From the NCBI GenBank assembly GCA_024409055.1, contig JAKSUL010000005.1, positions 6,636-70,635 of the forward strand: a stretch of DNA of 64,000 nucleotides, read 5' to 3'. Below the pieces are notes generated by a model, which made no database searches, had not been told where the DNA came from, and saw only the letters and a program-made list of their open reading frames with translations. The stretch is from Bacilli bacterium (GTDB lineage Bacteria; Bacillota_I; Bacilli_A; RFN20; CAG-826). Both the position numbers and the translations under genes were made by a program. Shown here one piece after another: positions 8,116 to 16,687 of this stretch; positions within the stretch are counted from its first letter, which is position 1, and each line of letters opens with the position of its first letter.

Positions 8116-9603
8116 ATGTACAAAGTAGGTTTTGATAATGACAAATATCTCGCCATGCAAAGCGAGCACATCCAAGAAAGAATCGAACAATTCGGCGGAA
8201 AGCTTTATCTCGAATTCGGAGGAAAGTTATTCGACGACTATCACGCTTCTCGTGTTCTCCCTGGATTTAAGCCCGATTCCAAACTCCAGCTTCTTCTTAA
8301 GATGAAGGATCAGGCCGAGATCGTTATCGTCATCAACGCCGAATCCATCGCCCAAGGAAAAGTCCGTGAAGACCTCGGCATCACATATAACCAGGACGTC
8401 TTGAGACTCATCGACGCCTTCAGAGACGCCGGACTCTTCGTCGGATCAGTTGTTCTTACTAGGTTCGCCAACCAAAAAGCCGCCAAGCAATTTGAACGCT
8501 ATCTCAACAAACAAGGCATCAAAACCTACCACCACTTCACCATCCCCAATTACCCATTCGCCGTTGACGCCATCTGCTCCCCCGAAGGACTCGGCGCCAA
8601 CGATTACATCGAAACCACCCGTCCTCTCGTCGTCATCACCGCTCCAGGCCCTGGCGCTGGCAAAATGGCGACCTGCATCAGCCAGTTATATCAAGACAAC
8701 ACCCGCGGAATTAAATCTGGCTATGCCAAATTCGAAACATTCCCGATTTGGAATCTCCCTTTAAAACATCCGGTCAACCTCGCTTATGAAGCCGCCACGG
8801 CTGACTTGGCTGACGTCAACATGATTGACCCCTACCACCTCGCTGCTTACGGAATTCAGACCGTCAATTACAACAGGGATATCGAAAACTTCCCGGTTCT
8901 AACCCACCTTTTCACAAAGATCTTCGGTGCTTCTCCGTATAAGTCACCGACTGATATGGGCGTCAATATGGCCGGAAACTGCATCTCCAACGACGAAGCC
9001 TGCCAAGAAGCTTCAAGGCAAGAAATCATCCGCCGCTATCTCAAAGCCTTGGTCGACCTCCAAAAAGGAAAAGCCGATGAAAGCGTCGTCGCCAAAATCG
9101 ACTCAATAATGAAAGAGGCCAACATCAAGGTCGAAGAAAGAAAAGTAGTCGTCGCCTGCAAAGAAAAAGCCGCCAAGACCGGAGTCATCTGCTGCGCTCT
9201 TGAGCTTACCGATGGACGTATCTTCACCGGCAAAACCAGCCCTCTTCTTGGAGCTGCCGGAGCCATGCTTCTTAACACCCTTAAGACGTTAGCCGGCATC
9301 GCCGATAACGTCACAATCTTGCCAGCTGCCATTTTAGAACCGGTTTGCAATCTAAAAACCGGGGCTCTTAAAGGTCATAACCCGAGGCTCCATATCTCCG
9401 AACTCCTCGTCACCTTGTCCATCTCCGCCACTCAAAACCCGTTAGCCGCCCTCGTTATGGAGCAACTACCGGCTTTACAAGGCGCCCAAGTTCATTCCAG
9501 CGTCATCTTGTCTGACGAAGATCAGAATACGCTAAAGAAACTCGGAATCGATGTTTCTAGCGAGCCTATCCACGGTTCTAAAAAGCTATACCACGCCAAA
9601 TAA
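8116..9603 (+). CDS. UPF0371 / DUF1846 family protein
   Basis: N-terminus VGFDNDKYLAMQSEHIQERIEQFGGKLYLEFGGKLFDDYHASRVLPGF matches my recollection of this conserved family. AAAGGGG RBS present. Confidence 0.85.
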   Translation: MYKVGFDNDKYLAMQSEHIQERIEQFGGKLYLEFGGKLFDDYHASRVLPGFKPDSKLQLLLKMKDQAEIVIVINAESIAQGKVREDLGITYNQDVLRLIDAFRDAGLFVGSVVLTRFANQKAAKQFERYLNKQGIKTYHHFTIPNYPFAVDAICSPEGLGANDYIETTRPLVVITAPGPGAGKMATCISQLYQDNTRGIKSGYAKFETFPIWNLPLKHPVNLAYEAATADLADVNMIDPYHLAAYGIQTVNYNRDIENFPVLTHLFTKIFGASPYKSPTDMGVNMAGNCISNDEACQEASRQEIIRRYLKALVDLQKGKADESVVAKIDSIMKEANIKVEERKVVVACKEKAAKTGVICCALELTDGRIFTGKTSPLLGAAGAMLLNTLKTLAGIADNVTILPAAILEPVCNLKTGALKGHNPRLHISELLVTLSISATQNPLAALVMEQLPALQGAQVHSSVILSDEDQNTLKKLGIDVSSEPIHGSKKLYHAK

Positions 9604-9608
9604 GTCAG

Positions 9609-9640
9609 AGAGCGCAACAAATTGTTGCGCTCTTTTTTTA
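9609..9640 (+). terminator. Rho-independent terminator
   Basis: AGAGCGCAAC, 5-nt loop, GTTGCGCTCT, followed by T6. Confidence 0.9.
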
Positions 9641-9701
9641 TTTACTTCAGTTCCATCTTTTGACAATTGAAAACTAATTAACGCCTTTAGGCGTCTTTCA
9701 A

Positions 9702-9716
9702 TGATAAAATACGGCT
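9702..9716 (+). promoter_or_regulatory. Leaderless-type extended -10 promoter (TGaTAAAAT 6 nt from ATG 9717)
   Basis: TG at 9702-9703, TAAAAT at 9705-9710, spacer acggct, then ATG. No Shine-Dalgarno. Confidence 0.55.
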
Positions 9717-10442
9717 ATGCCTGAAATTTCCGCGAAAGAATTAATGGTCACTTACGTCAATAAAAAGACGAAGAAAGAGGTTGCTGCCCTCAATGGTTTT
9801 AGCGCTTCTTTTGGCAACGGATCTTTTAACTGCATATTAGGTCCTTCCGGCTGCGGAAAAACCACTTTATTAAAGTCCATAATCGGGACGGTCGATTATC
9901 AAGGTTCAATAACTATCGGCGGTGTGGAAGCCAAAGATATCTCGATAAAAGACAAAAATATCGCATACGTATCGCAGGATTTTGCCTTATATCCACATAT
10001 GGCCATCTTCAATAACATCGCCTTCCCATTAACATTAACCAGCGCTTCAACCGAAGAAATAAGAAGAAGGGTCCGCGAAGTCGCCGAAATGCTCGGCATA
10101 TCTTTTCTTCTCGGAAGAAAGCCGAAGCATCTATCGATAGGACAGCAGCAAAGAGTCGCCTTGGCGCGCGCCATCATCAAAAGACCTGACATATATATTT
10201 TCGATGAACCATTCTCGAATTTAGATAAAGAGACTTCCTCAAAAATAAGGATCGATTTGAAGAAAATCGTTACAGATTTGGGCGCAACCTGTATTTTTGT
10301 GACGCACGATGTTCAAGAGGCTATGGCGTTAGGCGATGAGTTGTTTATTATGAAAGACGGAAAACTCGTATGCAGCGGAAAGCCCATAGATTTAATCAAT
10401 TCGGAGGACGAGAACGTTAAACCGTTCTTCGCGGGAATCTAA
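9717..10442 (+). CDS. ABC transporter ATP-binding protein; MalK/UgpC-like NBD lacking the C-terminal regulatory domain
   Basis: Walker A GPSGCGKTT, YPHMAIFNNIAFPL, signature variant LSIGQQQRVALARA, Walker B IYIFDEPFSNLD, H-loop FVTHD. Only 241 aa. Confidence 0.9.
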   Translation: MPEISAKELMVTYVNKKTKKEVAALNGFSASFGNGSFNCILGPSGCGKTTLLKSIIGTVDYQGSITIGGVEAKDISIKDKNIAYVSQDFALYPHMAIFNNIAFPLTLTSASTEEIRRRVREVAEMLGISFLLGRKPKHLSIGQQQRVALARAIIKRPDIYIFDEPFSNLDKETSSKIRIDLKKIVTDLGATCIFVTHDVQEAMALGDELFIMKDGKLVCSGKPIDLINSEDENVKPFFAGI

Positions 10443-10918
10443 TGTTTTACACCGAAGAGACCGTTAATAAATTAAAAAAGAAAATCGCGCTTCTAAGAGC
10501 AGTGACATTCTCCCTTCTTGGAGCGATGGTTATTTTCACAGTGCTGTCTTTCATCTTTATGGACGAGAAATCAATGAGTCTATTCAAGGCTCTGTTGTCC
10601 GTTATTGATAGCCTTATTATCATCGCCGTGATTTTCATCGCTTCTTTTCTTATTTCAAATAACAAGAAGATTAAAGAGCATGTCGAGAAGATAAATGATG
10701 CGGAAGAGGAAAAGATCAATGTCTCCGTCTTATACATCCCTTCCTCCCCCATCACTTTGACAAATGATATTTCTGTCTACGAGGTCGTCGTTTCGGTTGA
10801 GGGAACAAGGAGGACGGTTAAGTTGTACGCTCCACTAAACGACAAGAGTTTTTTCACAAATGTGAAATACGAAATGGTCATTGCGAATGGCTTCATCAAG
10901 AGGTGGAACGTTATATGA
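10442..10918 (+). CDS. Hypothetical membrane protein (two TM helices plus a soluble C-terminal domain)
   Basis: TAATG stop/start overlap with the ATPase gene. Hydrophobic segments LLGAMVIFTVLSFIF and LIIIAVIFIASFLI. Confidence 0.6.
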   Translation: MFYTEETVNKLKKKIALLRAVTFSLLGAMVIFTVLSFIFMDEKSMSLFKALLSVIDSLIIIAVIFIASFLISNNKKIKEHVEKINDAEEEKINVSVLYIPSSPITLTNDISVYEVVVSVEGTRRTVKLYAPLNDKSFFTNVKYEMVIANGFIKRWNVI

Positions 10919-11499
10919 GCAGGATAAAAAGCCATCTCTTACATTTCGGCATTTTGTATCTAGTGGCCGCCATCGCAACCCCCACTATCGTTTGTTATGC
11001 GGTTGATTTGAAATTTAAACCGAAGGCCAACGAAATATTCGGAGTATACATTGCTAACGGCAAATCGGACGTCGAAGTCCTTTATAGCTACTTCGAAAAG
11101 AAGATGCCAAGCACGATAAAAGAACTCGATATATTCGACTACGCCACATCGACAAGAAACGCTTTCGATACTTTTGGAAAAGAAAGAAGCGACCTTTTAA
11201 TCGTCCCTAAGTCATTCATAGTCGATTCAGTCGCCAAAGAGATATTCACGCCAGTTAAACCGGAAATGTGCGGATCATATGAACCATACAGAATCGACGA
11301 TTCAATATACGGCGTAAAAGTCTATGATTACGCGACTAAAAAAGGCGTTCTCAAAGACATGATTCCTTACGAGCAAGACTATTTCATGTTTATGAACATC
11401 AATAGCGTGCATAAGAGTTCCATTCTCGCGCAGCATAGTTATGACGACCTTGCGATAACAATATGGAATGAGGTTTTGGAAAATGAAACGCAAATATAG
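10915..11499 (+). CDS. Hypothetical N-terminally anchored membrane protein
   Basis: ATGA overlap with the upstream stop, AGGTGG RBS, single TM FGILYLVAAIATPTIVCYAV. ORF-track start is 10903. Confidence 0.6.
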   Translation: MSRIKSHLLHFGILYLVAAIATPTIVCYAVDLKFKPKANEIFGVYIANGKSDVEVLYSYFEKKMPSTIKELDIFDYATSTRNAFDTFGKERSDLLIVPKSFIVDSVAKEIFTPVKPEMCGSYEPYRIDDSIYGVKVYDYATKKGVLKDMIPYEQDYFMFMNINSVHKSSILAQHSYDDLAITIWNEVLENETQI

Positions 11500-12313
11500 C
11501 GTAAAGGATTTCAAAGCGTCTTCTCTCCCAGGGAGTAGAAAAGAACAGTTGAGAGATGTCCTTTCCGTCAATTTTCCAATCATTCTCCTCAACGGACTAA
11601 TATCTATTGTCGGTTTTCTCCCAACATACCTTTTGTTCATCTTAGAGAACAATGTCCTTCGTGACATCTCTATTACCGATGACTTCGGCAACTATTTCAT
11701 ATGGTCATCAATATTTGGAGGATTCCGAGTAATAACGATTTGCTTCTTATTTTTGGTTATTGCCGGTTTAGCAAATATATATCGCGTTCTTTGCTATGAA
11801 GAAGGCCTTTTCTATCGCCAAGACTTCTTCGCGGGCATAAAAGAAAACTGGAAGCACTACCTTCTCACAGGATTCATCATTGGGGTGTTTCTTTTGGCTC
11901 TAGAAGCCCTTCAGACGTTGTCCGGGTCTAAGTCTGGGTCTTTAGCGTTGGAAATCGCCTATTACGGTTATTTCGGCATATTTATCGTATTTATCCTTAC
12001 CATAGCCCAAGTCCTTTTGTTCATGAGCAATATATACGCGTGCAGCTATGGAAGACATATCGCCAACTCCTCGATAATAAGCCTCAAATATTTGTTCCCC
12101 TTAGTTCTCTTCTCTATATTCCTTGGGGTCTCCTATCTGATTCTTTGGATTCCTTTATTCATCATTCAGGTGATCGCCCTCGCTTTGTATTTGTTGTTCC
12201 TTTTCCCAATATTCCTTTTGATGTTTCATCTTTATTGTCTATACATCGTGGACGTCAACATCAACAAAGATTATCCAGAGTTATTAAATAAAGGATTATA
12301 TAAAGGCGAATAA
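11483..12313 (+). CDS. Polytopic membrane protein, YesL/DUF624-like
   Basis: About six hydrophobic helices. The block EEGLFYRQDFFAGIKENWKHYLLTGFIIG resembles the DUF624 signature often found beside sugar ABC systems. GAGG lies 9 nt before ATG 11483. Confidence 0.55.
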   Translation: MKRKYSVKDFKASSLPGSRKEQLRDVLSVNFPIILLNGLISIVGFLPTYLLFILENNVLRDISITDDFGNYFIWSSIFGGFRVITICFLFLVIAGLANIYRVLCYEEGLFYRQDFFAGIKENWKHYLLTGFIIGVFLLALEALQTLSGSKSGSLALEIAYYGYFGIFIVFILTIAQVLLFMSNIYACSYGRHIANSSIISLKYLFPLVLFSIFLGVSYLILWIPLFIIQVIALALYLLFLFPIFLLMFHLYCLYIVDVNINKDYPELLNKGLYKGE

Positions 12314-12324
12314 AAAGGCATAAG

Positions 12325-12384
12325 AAAAGACGGGGTTAATGAGCGAGCGTTCAGTTCGCTTAAGCTTCCCGTCTTTTGTTTTGG
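12325..12384. terminator. Long bidirectional hairpin terminator between convergent genes
   Basis: AAAAGACGGG (12325-12334) pairs with CCCGTCTTTT (12368-12377) around a structured 33-nt loop. T-runs are present on both strands. Confidence 0.7.
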
Positions 12385-12386
12385 TA

Positions 12387-13742
12387 TTAGTAGTTATTGA
12401 CGAGGGTAACGCCAGTCGGAGTGGTTGGAGTCTCCGGATAAGTGTCGTTATATCCACCACAGAAAGAAGTGATGCCAACAATCTTTGGAAGATCGGAGGT
12501 CCACTGCTTGAATACCTCGACTGTGACGTTTTGGAAGTTGACGTTGGTGGCTTTAGTCCTAGAACCGAAGATGTTGTTGTAGCCGATTCTAACTTTGATT
12601 GTGCAATCCTTGATGGTTGACTTCTCATCGATCATGTCTCCGACGAAGATGCCGTTTTTATTGCCGGCGACTGTCGTCGGAAGAGTGTCTCCGTAATGGA
12701 TAACGTTGACACCTTCGATTGTGGCTTTGAAGACCTGGGTTGCGATCATGCAGGCTTCGCCCATGGCTTGATGGACACGGGTAGAACTTCCGTTGGAGCA
12801 GGTGATATCGAAGTTTTTGACAACGCCACCCCTTCCGATGGATCCGAATAAACCAGTAGAAACGAAGGTGATATCGTCAAATACGTGGTCTTGGCCATCG
12901 AAGGTTCCGCGGAAGCCTTTGTCTCCATTCCATCCGCTGCTAACCGGTTTTCCGGCATAGCTCAAGTCGCTATCTCTTTCGTTGATGGTGCTACCGTTAA
13001 GGTTGACATCTCCAGTCATGACGAAATAGCCACCGATGTATTTTCCGTCGACAACAAATGGGTGAGTTTTTCCCTGCGCTGTCTTGCCATTTCCAGCTTC
13101 GTTGGTCCAGTGGACATAGCTGAATTGCTTTGCAGTCGCAATCTCAGCGGTAACGAACAAAGAAGGAACGGTGAATGTGTAGTTTTCTCCGCCGAGTGCC
13201 ATAGTAACATCGACGTTATTTTCACCGATGAACTGTCCATAGGCAGCGGCCGGGATAGCCAACTTTCCGCCGGCCATTGTGGTTCCGGTTAAAGCGGTCT
13301 CTCCAACCTTGGCGGACACAAATGTGCTGCCAGTCGGAAGAGTCGGAAGATTGATTTCGGCATTTTCGGTTTTAGCAACAAAGATGTTGTTGGTTTCGTC
13401 CCAAGAATACTGGACAACAGACTGTTTCTCCATCGTTCCAAGCGGAGCGATATAAGCCGGGTTTTCTGCATTCCAGCCGACAACTTTGCTGAAATCGGTG
13501 TTGGTCCAGCTTCCTTCAACGAAACTAGTGAATGTTTCGTGGCACTTGCAGCAAGACCAGAACTCATAGTGGCCAGACTCTTCGTTGGTCGGTCCTTTAG
13601 CGGCATAGTGATTGCCGATGTGGCTGCAAGGAGTATCGCCAGCAACAAACGGATTGGCGATAGCATTTCCAGCGGCAGCGGCAACACCGACGGTGCCAAC
13701 CATCGATGCGGACAAAGCGACGAGTAATACTTTCTTTTTCAT
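12387..13742 (-). CDS. Secreted protein, paralog of 14906..16660: one Cys-rich module plus a beta-helix-like FDGxGH tail
   Basis: Signal peptide MKKKVLLVALSASMVGTVGVAAAAG; AGAGGA RBS. C-terminal ~250 aa align closely with the 584-aa lipoprotein (GFRGTFDGQDHVFDDITFVSTGLFGSIGRGGVVKNFDITC...). Confidence 0.8.
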   Translation of the reverse strand: MKKKVLLVALSASMVGTVGVAAAAGNAIANPFVAGDTPCSHIGNHYAAKGPTNEESGHYEFWSCCKCHETFTSFVEGSWTNTDFSKVVGWNAENPAYIAPLGTMEKQSVVQYSWDETNNIFVAKTENAEINLPTLPTGSTFVSAKVGETALTGTTMAGGKLAIPAAAYGQFIGENNVDVTMALGGENYTFTVPSLFVTAEIATAKQFSYVHWTNEAGNGKTAQGKTHPFVVDGKYIGGYFVMTGDVNLNGSTINERDSDLSYAGKPVSSGWNGDKGFRGTFDGQDHVFDDITFVSTGLFGSIGRGGVVKNFDITCSNGSSTRVHQAMGEACMIATQVFKATIEGVNVIHYGDTLPTTVAGNKNGIFVGDMIDEKSTIKDCTIKVRIGYNNIFGSRTKATNVNFQNVTVEVFKQWTSDLPKIVGITSFCGGYNDTYPETPTTPTGVTLVNNY

Positions 13743-13772
13743 ATTATTCCTCTTATAAAAATTTCTAATCTT

Positions 13773-13789
13773 ACTCTATGTAATAGAGT
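13773..13789. repeat. Perfect inverted repeat ACTCTAT-GTA-ATAGAGT upstream of the 451-aa gene
   Basis: Read directly. Lies 31-47 nt upstream of ATG 13742 (minus strand). Confidence 0.6.
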
Positions 13790-13796
13790 GAATGCC

Positions 13797-13810
13797 TGCA
13801 AGCGCTTTCC
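13797..13810. promoter_or_regulatory. cre / LacI-family-type operator candidate TGCAAGCGCTTTCC
   Basis: Matches the core of WTGNAANCGNWNNCW except the flanking W positions. Lies 55-68 nt upstream of ATG 13742. Confidence 0.45.
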
Positions 13811-13850
13811 TATTATTTGCATAGAAGTAAAAAAGTTTCGTAAAAAAATG

Positions 13851-13882
13851 AGAAAAAACGCCTCTTTCGGGGCGTTTTTGGG
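13851..13882 (-). terminator. Rho-independent terminator ending the long minus-strand operon
   Basis: AAAAACGCC (13854-13862) pairs with GGCGTTTTT (13871-13879). On the minus strand the stem is followed by a T-rich tract. Confidence 0.85.
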
Positions 13883-13902
13883 TAAATTATGCAAATTTTT
13901 GC

Positions 13903-14880
13903 TTATTTTTTGAGGCAGAGATTGATCAAATCGTCGAGTTTTGCGGTGGCAAGACATTCAACCGTGTCAGCCGCTCCATAATAGATCTTCACTTCTCCAT
14001 CATCTTCCAGGATCATGCCACCCGGGAAGATAACATCGTTGCGGTATCCTTCTCTCTCGTAAGGAGCCTTTGGCGCAAGAATCGGCAATTTGCTGAAGCC
14101 AATGACCTTGCTCGGATCCTTTAGGTCAAGAAGCATTATTCCGGCGTAGTAGATCTTTTGCCATTTCTCTTCCCAACCGTTCTTTCCCCTGTTCGGGTCA
14201 AGTTCGACGGCGTGGAATGTGGTTAACCAGCCTTTTTCCGTCTTAATTGGCGGCGCGGCCGGTCCGATTTTGTTGTTGCAATAAGGGACTTTTTCGGCGC
14301 CAAGAACAAGTTTGGAATTGCCCCAGTATTTAAGATCAGCGGAATCACTCATCCAGATGTCGAAATAGTCTCCGCCGCGAGAATATACAGGGAACGGCCT
14401 CTCTAAACGCACGTACATGCCATTTATCTTTTCAGGGAATAAAACCATGTTGCGGTTATCGGGGACGCTCATGGAGATCACTTCGACTCTTTCAAAGTCT
14501 CCGATGACCTTTCCGATGCCGCCTCTAACGCCGTGCTTCGTATCAACGGCAAAGCAAATGTAAATCTCGTCGTCGATGACGGTAAGGCGAGGATCGTACA
14601 TCCTTTCGATCTCATCATCATGCATCTCAAAAGCCGGTTTATCGTTGGGGATCCAATGAATTCCGTCTTTGCTTCTGGCAACGCCTAAGTTAACTCCGCC
14701 GATGCCGACTTTGTTGATGGGTGGGTAACCCAAATAGTCGTTGCGGAAAACCATGTAATACGTGCCATGGTATTTGATAACGCCGGCATTAAAAATCAAG
14801 GCAGCGTTATATGAGATGTCTTTTTTGGATAGGATAGGATTTTCTTCCGCTCTAACCAAAAGAGGAATTTCTTCGAACAT
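13903..14880 (-). CDS. GH130 family beta-mannoside phosphorylase/hydrolase
   Basis: FNAGVIKYHGTYYMVFRND, YDPRLT, PIKTEKGWLTTFH and KIYYGAADTVECLA blocks are typical of GH130. The subfamily cannot be assigned by eye. Confidence 0.9.
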   Translation of the reverse strand: MFEEIPLLVRAEENPILSKKDISYNAALIFNAGVIKYHGTYYMVFRNDYLGYPPINKVGIGGVNLGVARSKDGIHWIPNDKPAFEMHDDEIERMYDPRLTVIDDEIYICFAVDTKHGVRGGIGKVIGDFERVEVISMSVPDNRNMVLFPEKINGMYVRLERPFPVYSRGGDYFDIWMSDSADLKYWGNSKLVLGAEKVPYCNNKIGPAAPPIKTEKGWLTTFHAVELDPNRGKNGWEEKWQKIYYAGIMLLDLKDPSKVIGFSKLPILAPKAPYEREGYRNDVIFPGGMILEDDGEVKIYYGAADTVECLATAKLDDLINLCLKK

Positions 14881-14905
14881 AATAGAATCTCTTAAAACAA
14901 TTTGA

Positions 14906-16660
14906 TTAAGCCGGCATTACAACCGTGATTCCGGCAGGAGCTTCAGTGCAGGTTGGATAAGAATCGCTATTTCCACCATAGAAATTTGTAATTCCGCGGA
15001 CCGGATCAGCGCTGTATTGCTTCCAAACTTCGACGGTAACGTTTTCGAATGTGACAGAGCCGGTCGTCCTGGTTCCGAAGATGTTATGGTAGCCAGACCT
15101 GACTTTGATATAGCAATTTTTCACAACGGAACGAGCGTCGATCATATCGCCGACGAAGATGGCGTTATGGGTATTGGCGCTGACTCCGTCATCTGCTCCA
15201 GTATGGACAACGTTGACGTTTTCGATGGTAGCGGTATAAACCTGGGCGGCGATCATGCAAGCTTCGGTCATTGCCTGGTGGACTCTAGTTGAATACCCGT
15301 TGGTGCAAGTGATGTCGAAGTTTTTGATGAGGCCTCCTTTACCGATGGCACCGAACAAGCCATAAGCGACGAAAGTGATATCGTCGAATTTGTGGCCTTG
15401 GCCATCGAAGGTACCGCGGAAACCTTTGAGGCTGTTCCATCCACCACTCTTTGGCTGGCCGGCATAGCCTAAATCGCTATCCCTTTCATTGATGGTTCCA
15501 CCGCCGGCGTTGATGTCATCGGTCATCACGAAGTAACCGTCGATGTATTTATTTCCGTTTTCTTCTTTGACGAACGGGTGAGCGCCACTAGATTTGGTAT
15601 TTCCAGCATCGGCTTCGGAAGTCCAATGGATGAAGCTGAACTGTTTGGCAGTAGCGACTTCGGCAGTAATGAATTTGCCTTCGGCCATAACCTTGACGTC
15701 GCAGCCTTCAACAGTGAATGTCGCCTCAACGTTTTTGGTTTCGCCTAAATAGTTTTCAATAGCGGCAGCACCAACGGTGACGACTCCGTCAGCGAAAATG
15801 GCACCAGCAATTGAATCCGTTCCGATCTTAAGTCCTTTTAGGGTCGCGCCAGTCGGGAGACCCGGATAGGATAAACCGGCGTTTTCGTTAGCGACGTATT
15901 TGCCGGCATCTCCATCGAAAACATACTCAGCAACAGATTGAGTGCCTTCAACTTTGGCGTTGATGTCTTCGTGACCAGTGCCTTTATGTCCGCAGGCGCA
16001 TTTCCATTCATACTTTTCGCCAGCCCCATCCAAGATGTATTTATGATCGTGGGTTTGGGTTAAGTGTTCACCGCAAACGGAGCAAGTGGTCCAGTGAGTA
16101 GTGTCATCGCTTTCGTAGTGTCCGTCTGAGACGTGCTCGCCAAGAGGGATTATCAATGAATCGTAACTCACTTCTTTCTTTGTCGAATCGAAGTATTTGC
16201 CGCAGTCTGCGCAGTGATAATGACCAAGCATGCCGGTGTGTTCACAAGTTGCTTCAATCTCTTCAACCCAAGATCCGTATGTATGATCTTTGGTGACCGA
16301 CGGATCGGTGATTTGGTGCTTGGCGCTAGCGTCGCTAAACATCTTTTCGCAAACATCGCAGCTCCAGTATTCAATATTGCCCGGAACTTCGCACTGTGGG
16401 ATAACGGCGTCGTGATGAGTGAGGGCGTGAGCTCCAATCGGAGTAACCAAATCCTCAAGGGTCGTCTCCACTTTTTCTTCAGTGAAAATGAGTTCGCATC
16501 CGCTGCAGGAATAGTAACCCTGCATACCGGTTGTTAGGCAGTTGCTAGCAACCGCGTCATGATGAACGTAGTTGTGTTGGTGTCCTCCGCAGGAAGCAAG
16601 AGTTCCTGAGGCAAGAACAAGAAGAGCAGGAATCGGCAAGACTTTGGATAGTTTGTTCAT
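14906..16660 (-). CDS. Surface lipoprotein: four Cys-rich modules plus a beta-helix-like FDGxGH tail
   Basis: Lipobox LASCGG; AGGAGG RBS. Modules such as HHDAVASNCLTTGMQGYYSCSGCELIF and HHDAVIPQCEVPGNIEYWSCDVCEKMF. Tail GFRGTFDGQGHKFDDITFVAYGLFGAIGKGGLIKNFDITC. Confidence 0.85.
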   Translation of the reverse strand: MNKLSKVLPIPALLVLASGTLASCGGHQHNYVHHDAVASNCLTTGMQGYYSCSGCELIFTEEKVETTLEDLVTPIGAHALTHHDAVIPQCEVPGNIEYWSCDVCEKMFSDASAKHQITDPSVTKDHTYGSWVEEIEATCEHTGMLGHYHCADCGKYFDSTKKEVSYDSLIIPLGEHVSDGHYESDDTTHWTTCSVCGEHLTQTHDHKYILDGAGEKYEWKCACGHKGTGHEDINAKVEGTQSVAEYVFDGDAGKYVANENAGLSYPGLPTGATLKGLKIGTDSIAGAIFADGVVTVGAAAIENYLGETKNVEATFTVEGCDVKVMAEGKFITAEVATAKQFSFIHWTSEADAGNTKSSGAHPFVKEENGNKYIDGYFVMTDDINAGGGTINERDSDLGYAGQPKSGGWNSLKGFRGTFDGQGHKFDDITFVAYGLFGAIGKGGLIKNFDITCTNGYSTRVHQAMTEACMIAAQVYTATIENVNVVHTGADDGVSANTHNAIFVGDMIDARSVVKNCYIKVRSGYHNIFGTRTTGSVTFENVTVEVWKQYSADPVRGITNFYGGNSDSYPTCTEAPAGITVVMPA

Positions 16661-16687
16661 ATATCCTCCTTTTTATATTTATAAAAA

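Noticed and set aside
9660-9665. TTGACA upstream of the ABC ATPase gene as its -35 box.
   Set aside because: It lies 39 nt from the TAAAAT -10 box. The extended TG-10 element makes a -35 unnecessary.
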